This document shows, piece by piece, positions 53,401 to 64,000 of a stretch of DNA of 64,000 nt. The stretch's first letter is position 1. Each line of letters starts with the position of its first letter. The notes beneath the pieces are model-generated. The model saw only the letters and a list, made by a program, of their open reading frames with translations, ran no database searches and had not been told where the DNA came from. Made by a program: the position numbers and the translations under genes. This DNA comes from Euglena gracilis (taxonomy: Eukaryota), in contig CP154954.1 of NCBI GenBank assembly GCA_039621445.1, positions 13,138,716 through 13,202,715 on the forward strand. The letters run 5' to 3'.

Positions 53401-54439
53401 AGCAAATGCGCGAACAGTTTGGCGCTTTTCTCATGCATTTTACGCCTAGCCTCATTAAGGATATCCATCGTGAGGAGTTGGCGAGTCATCCAATGACTCT
53501 TGGCCAACGCTGGAACTACGTTTTCAAGCAATTGAAGCTATCACAGCTTCTTGGTCAGATTCAATCCGTGTATAACGCACACCAAACCGCTGGATTACCG
53601 GCTGGTTCGGTGAACGCATTGCAAAAATCACCGGTTTCACCCACTTCACCCACCACGGGATCGAAAACGTGATATCCGCGTTCTTCGGACCAAGCCACGG
53701 ATAAAGTGTGCTTTTTGTGCAACAAATCGGGACATATGTCTCGGGAATGTCCTAATCCTGAAGCGCGAAAGCGTATTCAGAGTCCGCGAGGCTCGACCTC
53801 ATCACGAGGTTCGGGTTCTTCCGCATTTTAACGCCAATCGGGCAATTCACGGTCATCGGGTCCCCGTTCCGGTGGTATTAGCCCCCGGATCCCGTTCCGT
53901 GATGAGCGGAAACACGGTACCCCTCGGGGTAGGTCACCCGGTGCACCAGCCAAAAAGCGTGATTCTTATCCCGAGACACCGCGATCGCGTTCGCGAAGCG
54001 GATCATCCTCTTCGCGATCCTCATCTGGAAAACCCCGATACACCGGTCATGGTCGACGGGATACCCGCTCACAACGACGGTTTGACGGGAAATCAGGAAA
54101 CCGATCCCCCCGTTACCCAGAACGCGACACAAATCTCGGTGTTCGCTTTGTGGATCGAGTGATCACCACTCATACAAATGTCCGCGTTCTCGTTCTCCCC
54201 GCCCTGGCCATCGTCATCGCGGTATGAATCGCGGTGACAAGGGCCAATCCTCCAACCGCCATAAAGTCGGTTTCAAGATATCTTGTTTGGAGGATGACAC
54301 CCCGGCTTCGGGCAGGGAGGGGAATGAGACCACGGATACCGATTTCGACGAGGCCCGCATGGCGGTGCGCACATTGAAATCCGTTTATACCTCTAATTGG
54401 CCCATAGCCGGCTATTCGGCCGGTTCGGACCTGGAGTAG
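50462..54439 (+). pseudogene. gag: gag of element 2 (disrupted)
   Basis: MQSTGP start, 616-aa coiled-coil ORF, KGTIAIANKVKPQWEGDPTTW, CFLCNKSGHMSREC knuckle (~53710); ends at TAG 54437-54439. Confidence 0.85.
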
Positions 54440-57400
54440 GGGAGCCCGAGGTCCGAGGGCACGGACCTCTGGGCTGATGAACAGATGGAGGTAGGACCTG
54501 ATCAACCCTGCCCCCCCTGCCCATCTGCCTTTCTGGTCGGTACCCGGAAAATTTTCGGGTCCCCCACCCCCCACTCCAACTTTCCGCTCGGAATGTTGTG
54601 CAAAGTAGGAAAGGGTTCATGGGAAAGCTGGCAAGAAAACGTATTTTCGCCAGACCCTTCACTTTGCCTACCCCCCATGGAACTTTTGGTCCAAGCGGAA
54701 ATCAAAATCAAATTTTTTTGTGCAAAAGTCAAAATTCTCATTGACACTGGTTGTCGCATTGCACTACTTTTTCGGTTCGGGTTGATACCAACCTCCATCT
54801 TGGTGAAAGCCAAGAGGCCGATCAAAATTACGACGGCTGACGACACCCCCATGTGCGGTGGTGACTTAAGCTGCTTTTTGGACATTGTCCTACCCCTCAT
54901 CCCCAAGCACCACTCACACCCCCCGCAACCGCAAAATTTTCCGGATACCTGGGGATACGAATCCGGAAACCATGGTTCTGACGTATTTATAGGACACCCC
55001 TTTTTACGTCAGCCCCGGCTGGTAGTGGATTGCCACTGCCACTGTTTGCGCACACCACCATTCTCTTCATTGCCCCCCAAATCTTCATCACCTGTGGCGT
55101 CAAACCGCGACGACCACCAATTTTTCTACACCGTTTTCAAAAACTTTTAACCCGTTACCAACCACACCAACCAACGTTTTACACACCGGGTGTACCGAGA
55201 AAGTTCACCCCCTGCCCACTGACACACCAACTTCCGTTCCCCATGAAGCAGGGCAGGCGAGTAGCGGTACCCCTCTCGTTCCACTGGGTTACAAGACGCA
55301 AGCCCAAAGGCCTGAAGTAATTACGGTGTCGAGTAGTCGCCCAGCTGCACCAACATCCCGTTTTCCACCAGATGTATCGCTTTCAGATACATATGTACAC
55401 CCCCCAGCAGCTACAAAAGCGCATCCCAACTTTTACACACATCCTCACCAGACCAACACGCGCGACCAGGACCACTACTCCAACACTTCCTTCCAATGTG
55501 TGCACTGTAGGAGAATTTCCGCCCAGCCAGATTTCGATTGTGGTTGTTTAGTCCAAACACCAACACTAATCCCGATTTCGCTCACCCATACACTTGGTTG
55601 CGGATCGCAATGCGCGACCGTACACCAAGTGCTCCAACAACGAGGTATTGCCTTGTTGTTTGGGTCCGCGAAATCCGTGTCACACACCTCCCCCACCTCC
55701 ATCTGGCATGATATGGACTTGGTATGCACCCATCCAACCCATCAACCCTTGGGAATGCCCCTATGGAGTGTGGATGACACACCCTTGACCTATGTTTGTG
55801 GATCCCTGAATTGCGTTACCGCTCTTCAACCCGCGAACCAGGTGGACACCTACGCGATGCACGTGTGGAACGCATTTAATTTTGGTCAATACCGTATTTT
55901 GGAGGAATGGTTCTCCAAAATAGCTGTTTTGGCTGATGCTTTAGATTTGTCGTTGGAAATTGATGCGTTTTCAGCAAAAGCGCATGCGCGCTTGTCGCGA
56001 TATTGATCGCGACATTCCAACGCATTTCTTAAATTTTGGGGTGATACGTTGCTATGGATGCACCCTCCCCCAAAACTTATCCCGGATGTGGTGGAGAATA
56101 TCCTCCGCGATGAAGCGCGAGGAGCTCTCTTCATACCCGTCAATCCGAATGCAGATTGGTTTCACCAACTATCCTATGTGTGCTTTCATTGGTGGGATTT
56201 ACCCGCTGATGTACCACTATTCGAGGATTTTTGTGGTATATTATTACCACCTGTTAAAGAAATCATTTTTCGTGTTTGTTTCTTTGACACATTCGGAATA
56301 TCCGATTTGCGTGTGCCAAGATACCTTGGTACCAATGGGGATGCCACACCCTCAACACAGATTTCCGCGGTCATTGAGAGTGCTGACCAACACCCTAAGT
56401 CAGCTGATTAGTGTTCGCCAATTACTCGCGAATTCCATGGTGTACTGGATAACCCAGTTTACGCCTGCGACATCGACCGCGCGATTCGCGGTCCGTTCGG
56501 TTTTTGCAAAATCGAGCTCAAGGGTGGAGCTAAACCCATGCACCGGAAATTCTTCCGTTGTTCGGGTGAACGCGAACAAGCTCTCAACGAGATGATTGAG
56601 AAGCTCATCCAGCGGAAGTGGATTATCCCTTCCAAGAGTGTATGGACATCACAAGCCTTTGTGATGCCCAAACCCGCTGACCAGTCTGGTCAGAAGAAAT
56701 GGAGACTGGTGCTGGATTACCGGTACCTGAACTCCCAAACGAACTATGACCCCTTCTCATTACCGCTGATCGAGGATTTGATCACCAGACAATCGGATAA
56801 CCGGTTGTGGTCAATCTTTGATCTGGACGACGGTTTCCATCAAATGCATTTGCATCCTGATTCGCAACCGTATACGGCATTCGTGACATCCAAGGGTGTG
56901 TACCAATGGACGGTACTCCCCATGGGTGTTAAGAATGGCCCAGCCATGTTTCAACGCATGATCCAGTGGGTTTTGCGCGATTTACCGTTTGCTCCGGTGT
57001 ACATCGATGATGTACTGGTGGGAACGCAACCGCCATCCTCGAAGTCGGGCGAGGATATCCTCGAACCGCATTATCGCGATGTGCGGGCGGTATTATCCGC
57101 GTTCAAAAAGCATTTGCTTTTTGTGAAGGTTTCCAAAAGGCACCTGTTTCGCAAAATTATTAAGTTTTGCCGGCATATCCTGAGCAACGGGCAGCGTAAA
57201 GCCGCACCCAGCAAGATGGAGGCCATTAAGAAATGGACTCCTGAGGTCATTAAGACCATAACGCATTTAAAGGGATTTTTGGGATTAGCCCAATATTACG
57301 CGATTTACATGAAAGATTTCGCGAAAACCGCGGTACCCCTAACCCGACAGCTCAAACATTGGACACCCGATAACGCAAAAGTCATTTGGGATGACCAAAC

Positions 57401-58325
57401 GCGCGAGGCCTTGAATACAATCAAGGACTTGCTCCTCGAGAACGTGGTTCTCGATATCGCGGATCCATACAAACCGTATGTCCTGGAAGTCGACATGAGC
57501 GATTACGCTGTTGGCGGGGGTCTTAGCCAGCATAATGCGGCGAATGAACTCCGACCTATGGCTTTCTTCAGCAGGAAGCTACAGGGCGACAACGGGAAAG
57601 GACAGGTTAAATGGAGCATTCGCGAAAAGGAGACATATGCCATTGTGCTTATTATCCAGAAATTCTGCAGCTGGATAGCCAGCAGCTTGGTCCAGATACT
57701 CGTGTTGACGGATCGAGAGCCTTCAACACTGGTATACCGAGGACCTGAACAAGGCCATGTCATCAGTTGGCAGAAGATGCCGATGGCATGAGTTCTTGAG
57801 CCAGTTTAACCTGGTGGTTACCTATACCCCAGGTCACACGCAAAAAGTTGCGGATCCTCTCAGCCGAGCCCCCCGGTTTTATCCTGGGAACCCGGAAGAG
57901 GGTGATGCTACTTTTCATGGCAGCCATGAGGCTGACCAGTTCGCACGTCGATCCGACGCTGCGAACAACATGCTCGATTCACTACCCGTTTCCCGGGTAT
58001 ATCGCAGCATCGCCATTTCACCACTGCGTGGAATGCGCCGACGTGGACGCACTGCCGGAGCCCGTCGCATTACGCGTACGGAAACTCCTACCCCCTATTT
58101 TTCCGCGAATAGGATTATTCGCGTGACCCTATATATATAGTACCATTGTGAATAGACTTCGTAATGGTTAATCCATAGAGAATTACTCTCTATCACCATT
58201 GGGACTTATTTTCCGGAATGATTCTGGTTATAAATATATGTATACCCCAAGACCTGGTTGATGATGTGATTTTGAGCTATCACAACCATGGTCACCCTGG
58301 GGCCCCCAAACTGCTTTCACTATGT
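54440..58325 (+). pseudogene. pol: pol of element 2 (PR, MT-like 55884-56295, RT with YIDD, RNase H, partial IN)
   Basis: LIDTGC (~54743), IDAFS..WMHPP, YIDDVLV (~57000), LEVDMSDYAVGG. Confidence 0.92.
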
Positions 58326-58994
58326 TCCCGCCCGTGGGCGCCCGAATTGTTTCAATTCAACGGCTTTCCGGCTTCTCGACCGCTGCGAGCGGCGAAAAAG
58401 CCGTGGAAAACAGCTGAAAAGCCGTGTTGAACAGCGAAGATGCCGTTTGTCCGTGCCCTTTTGGCGGAAAAGCCGTTTGGCCGGCGGCACTGGCGCAAAA
58501 GGCGGCTTTTTTGTACTCCGTCGCGGAAAACCGACAAGGAAGGAAGGGACACCGCGGGCGAAGCACAAAGGCCTTGGGAAACTGAGGCCCCCCCTTCTCT
58601 CTGCGCCGGCCCACGACGCAAAAAAAAACGCCCATTTTCTTTGCTGTGGCCTTTTTTTTAACATGGCTGGCTTTCCCCGTTTGTTTCGACAACATATTTG
58701 CCAACCCCTCAACTAACAAGGAAAAGCAACTCTCATCGCAAAGTGTTCGTGACAAAGTGCGGGACAAAACTGTTCTGGAGTTCTGGGACAAAAGTGCGGG
58801 ACATCTCAAAAGAAGGGTTGATGTCACTGCTGTGCCTCCGCCACTTTGTTCTGCAACGAGTGCAGTATAAGCTCTTGAAAAGCAGAAGCGTATATCTGGC
58901 CGAATTGCACCATTTCTCGTTCAGCTGTCGGGCAGGGGAAAAAATTCCTCTACGAAAAAGAGGAGTCCAGAATGAGGCTCACAACCAGAACAAA

Positions 58995-59322
58995 ACATGC
59001 ATTGCACACATGGTGGCCATCATGGGGCATGATGGCAGATGGCCATCCTGGGTTGTGTTGGCCATCAAGGGTCATGATGGACATCAAGGGTCATGATGGC
59101 CATCACAGGTCATGATGGCCATCAGGGCCATCAGGTGTCATCATGGCCATCATGGATATTGATGGGCATCAAGGGTCATGATGGCCATCATGGGTCATGA
59201 TGGCCATATGGGTCAGGATGGCCATCATGGGTCATTATGGCCATCATGTCATGAATATGGGTCAGGATGGGCATCATGGATCTTGATGGCCATGGGTTGT
59301 GATGCACCTCATGACAACCATG
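58995..59322. repeat. Degenerate ~18-bp minisatellite (catgatggccatcatggg)
   Basis: Repeated ggccatca(a/t)gggtcatgat units. Confidence 0.85.
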
Positions 59323-59626
59323 GACAGAAAAATGGCCCTAAAGTGCTAAGTGGGGGGCGAAAAAAACAAAAAAAGCAAATATCCCCAAACTGGAAAAACC
59401 AAATCCAACAGAAACATTTTTTTTCAAGAGCTTTGATGGAAGGAATTGAACAAACTCTTTACAATCAGGGGTTTTTTCAGACGGGGGGGGGGGATCGGCA
59501 GACACCCACCAACATGGCCAAAAATGCATGAAATTGCACCTCTTTCAAAATTTTCGAGGCCAGAAAAGATATACTCACCAGCCCGTACCCCACCCCCCCA
59601 GTGGGGGGGGGGGCAGGGGGTCCAAG

Positions 59627-60830
59627 AGTGTACGTCCCCTGACTCTATTCCCACTGCCTGTCGGCCTACTTACACCCTCCCGTGGGAACAGAACCAGGAG
59701 AGTAACAAAAAAGAAAGTCTTTCACTTAACTATTAGTTTTTATTGCCTTTGGGCTTATGCAGAGCACAAGGCAGGTGGAGGAGCCCTATGGGCTACGGAA
59801 ATCGATGCCAAGTTCTTGGCTGTCCTTTCAGGACTTCAAATCAGAAAAATCAAACTTGAAACTCAAGTCTTGAATCAAAGACCAGAATGGAATAAAATAA
59901 TACCACCTGTGAAAAGAGAAGGCAGATCCGAGATAGGATAGGCCATTCCTAATTCTGCAATTTGTATTGCAGAACATGGAATGATACTATCTGGCATGCC
60001 ACTGTACATTCTGCAGATTGCTGCTATGCACAGTGCCATGTTCATGCTGCCTGGTACACATCCCCCTCCCAGGGCTTTGCCCGATTTCCTTACTGGACCA
60101 GGCCAGCAAGGACACAGGAAAGGCCGTGAGATAGATGAACATTCACCAGGAAAGCATATCTTGGGTCTGCTTCTCCATCACAAGGTAAAAAACCAGAAAG
60201 GGAAGGAAGAAAGGGGAACCCATAAACCCAAAACGCGCAAAAGAGTTTACCCGCTTATGCGGCTAACTACTTATTGCGGTAAAGGGGTGGAAGTGGAAGA
60301 GCCCATCGGAAAATGGGGCTGGAAGGTTTCCATTCCAGAAAGTCCCATCCACCCAGTTTGGGGTGTGTCTATGACACGCGGGGAGGTCTCATTCCATAAT
60401 CGGAAAAGATTGAAGGGTAGGGTGTGGAAGGAGGGGGCACCTGGCCAGTCATATCTGACCAAGGAGAAAGACCTATTTACAAAACCAACTGCCGGCGACA
60501 GCGATTTTGCCCGGGGGGGAAAGGGGAGAGGGGTGGGGGGCTGGTCTAAAGACCTTACAAAGAATTTTTGCTGTCTCGCAGTCTTATGGGGGCCTTAAGG
60601 CCGAAAAGTAACAAGTTGGCCCTATTATTACGGTGTGCGCGCTGTACGCTGTGCGTCTTCTTACTGCGGCATATACCGCTGTGAAGTCTTCACAGTGCAG
60701 CGCGAGCACGATGTTGTCGATGGGGTATCCCCAGAGGCGTATACCTCATAATAGCGGGCAGTAGCCCTAAAAACTGTAGATTTGGCATTTGTGCCATGGG
60801 TGTGCAGCCTGTAGGCTGAAAGGTTGGCAT
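59627..60830 (-). mobile_element. 3' LTR (59627-60060), PPT and 3' untranslated region of a third related element
   Basis: agtgtacgtcc...ctggtacaca + tccccctccc; 60250-60760 is highly similar to 31080-31600. Confidence 0.9.
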
Positions 60831-63199
60831 TAGCCAAAAATAATGGGGGGGGGGTAGGCTTTATCGCCCAGAAACATTGCCTTGCGGAATATGCATGGCA
60901 CAAAAATACTAATGGGTGTATACCCGAATCAAAAATTTCGGCAGATTGCCAAAAAGATCATAGTGAGGTGTACAACCGCAGAAAAAATGCGGAATTGTGG
61001 CAGGCTGCTGCCAATTCACAGAACAACTGTGGTTGGGGTGGCTTATACCACTTTTTAAAACCACAAATGAAGTGTGAATGCACATAAAAGGATGGAACAT
61101 TGTTCCAGTGCGGTGAAATTCATCACAAAAAGCTGGATTTCACCATTTTTGAGCTATGGTTCTTATAAACCTTGCAGAATGACACCATTGGTGTTGCACA
61201 TGATGACCATTGGGTCCTCCGAATTATATCGGTAAGGGGGTCCAACTGAATAAAGTGGGGGGGGGGTGGGGCAAGAATGCCGTTAGTGTGGTAAGAAGAA
61301 AAAATACTGCAAATATGACAAAATCTCATCATTTGTGACTATGTCACTGAGAAATACTGACTTTTGTCAAATTTTTAGGGAAATCCCTATCAGGATTTAG
61401 GGCAGAAATGCAGATTCTGCGTCGAGAGTTCCATTTTTGCAACCAAAAGTGCAACTTTGTTGCATTTTGAGTCATTTAAGACTGCAAATTCGCCAAGTGC
61501 ACATAGTGCTTGTTGAGAGTGTCCAATAACACTGCATGTTTGTTGTTTTTACAGATTTTGAGATTTGGGTGTCTAATAACACCACATCACCCAAAAAGCT
61601 GTAAAAATGTGCAAAAATGTCGCAAAAAAAGCAAAAATACGCTTAAAAATACAAGTAAAACATGTCTATGACATCTTGAGCAAAGGAAAAATTGCCATTA
61701 TCAGCATATTCCTTTGCACTCCACTCTGGCATAGTGCCTCATGGTCACTCCCATTAGGGATATGAGTGCCAGAGTGGGGAAAAATCACCAAAAATTGCAG
61801 AAAAGCAATGATATAAATGGAAATTTGCACATAAGTGCTCCTAAAAATGATTCTAGTGAGTCGAAATGACCCCAAATCAGCCCCCGGAACTGTACCAGGC
61901 CTAATAGCCCATACAGAGGGGGCAATGGGCAGAATGCTGCCAAAGGTACTAAAAAATGGCCGTTAGCCAATCTGGTAACCAATGGTAATTAGCCATCAGA
62001 AACGATGTGGGGAACAGTATAGAAGCCTTTCAGGCTGATTTGCCAGTCTGGTACATGTTCGTACAAGATTTGGCCCCATATTTGGCTTTTGGCCAAATTG
62101 GCTGGGCCTAATTCAAAATTTCACGATCTCTTCAAATAAGAGTACCGTGCGGAGTTACAGCGATCTGATAGCATCGCTGAACGGCTCGTCCAACGAGCTT
62201 TCGAATGAGGGGTAACATGGCCTATCGGCCAGCTACGGACGCTGAGATACGTCTTTGATCTTTTGCCTGTGTGAGTGAGCTTTTGCTATAAGCTCCCATA
62301 ATTTATTCTACAAAGACAACTTTTGGTTTCTATCTCATAGGCACTACTACATACAGTCAAAACCTCATGGCACGAGGTGCCAGAAATTTTGAAGCTTTTG
62401 TGGTGGTTTTGAGGCTATGCCAAAGTGACACTTATGCAAATCTGCATAAAACTAGCCTATTTGGCTTGTTTTGGCCAATTCAGCCACTTTCAGCTACATA
62501 ATATGGCTTTTTGTGCCATTTTTTGAGGTCCTATGGACTTTTCACTTTATAATATGGATTTGTGGACCTTTGTCCTTTTGGTCCTTGCAATTTGTGCAAA
62601 TTGGTCCTATGGACCCATGGACCACATGGGTAATGGCCCATAGGCCTTGCACATCATAGGGTGTATTGGTCACATAGACCTAAGGCTAAGTGGTCAAGTC
62701 CACAAAAATGCATGTTTGAATGAATTTTCTTCATTTTCTTTTTGCAGGGGGGCAACTATGTTGCACATAAAAGAAATGAAATTGTGAGCATTTTCCCATA
62801 TCTGGATTGCATTTTGCCAAAGTATAAGCCATTTAGGCACAAAACTGCTATTTAAGCACAAGTTGGATAAGTTTTCGGGAAAAATGCAGTATTTGCAATA
62901 CATCCCAAAAACTTTATCACATAACGTGTGTTGCTTTGCTCTATAGAGCTTTGGGAACACCAAAATATTTTTGGTGTGGGAATGGATTGGGCAAAGAACC
63001 GTATTCACATAAAACTTCACTTCTTGTTTGCTGTCATCAAACAAAATCTGCAATTTGATCATGTGGTACAGAAACAAACATCCATGAACAGAATTGCGGA
63101 TTTCCACACATATATCTTTGGGAATGATTCCCAAAAGAATATGGGTGGTTTGGGCGTATACCCATGTGTCATAAATGCACGATAGTGGTCACACCACAT

Positions 63200-64000
63200 C
63201 GTGAGAAAGGGGGGTTGCCAAGGTGGGTGGCGCGATACGCGCCGGGTCTAGCGCGATACGCGCATGATATGGCGCGATACGCGCGGGGGGGGGGGGGCAG
63301 TTGCCTCACTGCACAACATGTGCGGGGGGGGGGGGAGGCTTGGAAGCGCGATATGCGCACGATTCGCGCGACGCGCGGTGTGCGCAATTAGCGCTTGGGG
63401 GGGAATGTGAGCTATGCGCATCGGCATTGATGTGCGCTATGCGCTTCGGGGGGAATGTGCACATAGTGCTGAATTTGTCTTGCACTTGACAAAAATCGGT
63501 CAATGAGTAGAGCTCTCCGTTGGAGATAGAGTGTGGGGGGATTAGTTTTGATGTATATATTCACCTTTGTGTTTGGTTGGTGATTGTGTGGAAAGTTCTC
63601 CCAGAGTGCACACCATGGGGGGAAGGTGCGGAGTAGTTGTCCTTGTCGCGCATGTCGGTCTGCGGGGGTGAGTGTGTTGGAAAAATGAGTATGCGACTTT
63701 TGAAGCTGCTGGGGGTGTACAGGATTGTCTGAATCAACAAACCTGGTGGAAAACGGAAAGTTGAAAGCAGCTGGGCGACTACTCGACACCGTTTAAACTT
63801 CAGGCCTTAGGGCTTTCGTCTTGGAACCCAGTGAAACGAATGGGGGTTAAGCTACTTGTTACCCCTACCGCATGTGGAACGTTTGTGGATATGCGGTGGT
63901 TAGGGGGGGCACTTTCTCTTTACCCCGGGTTGAAAACGGTGTTGGTGTTGTTGAAAACGGTGTTGCTGTCATCGAAAACGGTATGTAAAAGTGATGATTA
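63200..64000 (-). mobile_element. Degenerate pol fragment (post-protease linker) of the same family, running off the window
   Basis: SSSRPAA..F peptide and nucleotide similarity to 41480-42250. Confidence 0.8.

Larger units (their letters stand above)
49887..58325 (+). mobile_element. Second, 3'-truncated member of the same Ty3/Gypsy lineage (5' LTR, PBS, gag, PR, MT, RT, RH, start of IN)
   Basis: LTR-like 49887-50183 (TGTGTACC...CGTACACT) followed by TGGTAGCAG. Protein homology to element 1 continues until the integrase Zn-finger (YHNHGHPGAPKLLSL), then the sequence is unrelated. Confidence 0.92.

Noticed and set aside
58995-59322. CRISPR-like array or His/Gly-rich CDS
   Set aside because: No unique spacers, degenerate units, eukaryotic context
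62690-63200. Possible third, highly decayed MT-domain copy
   Set aside because: Only faint similarity (cccaaaa..ttatca..tgttgc) that cannot be supported by eye

Overview
Eukaryotic genomic DNA, most likely a euglenid (Euglena-like). This is inferred from the mix of GT-AG introns and non-conventional, end-paired introns, and from polypyrimidine-AG acceptors just upstream of start codons. The left half (1-29.4 kb) holds two + strand multi-exon genes: the 3' part of an uncharacterised Pro/Ala/Arg-rich gene, and a hand-assembled 20-exon, ~583-aa LRRC40-like leucine-rich-repeat gene with 10 non-conventional and 9 GT-AG introns. Their introns contain microsatellites and MITE-like repeats. The right half (30.4-64 kb) is a cluster of related, decayed Ty3/Gypsy chromodomain LTR retrotransposons: one full-length 17.4-kb copy with LTRs and a 5-bp TSD, one 3'-truncated copy, and fragments of a third. 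The family is unusual in five ways. A Dam-like (DIRS-type) DNA adenine methyltransferase domain sits between protease and RT. A conserved UAG plus hairpin suggests gag-pol readthrough. The termini are TG...CT. Gag is ~1,400 aa. An extra ~1,900-codon ORF with its own splice acceptor follows pol. Most ORFs in the supplied track are artefacts of repeats or shadow frames.
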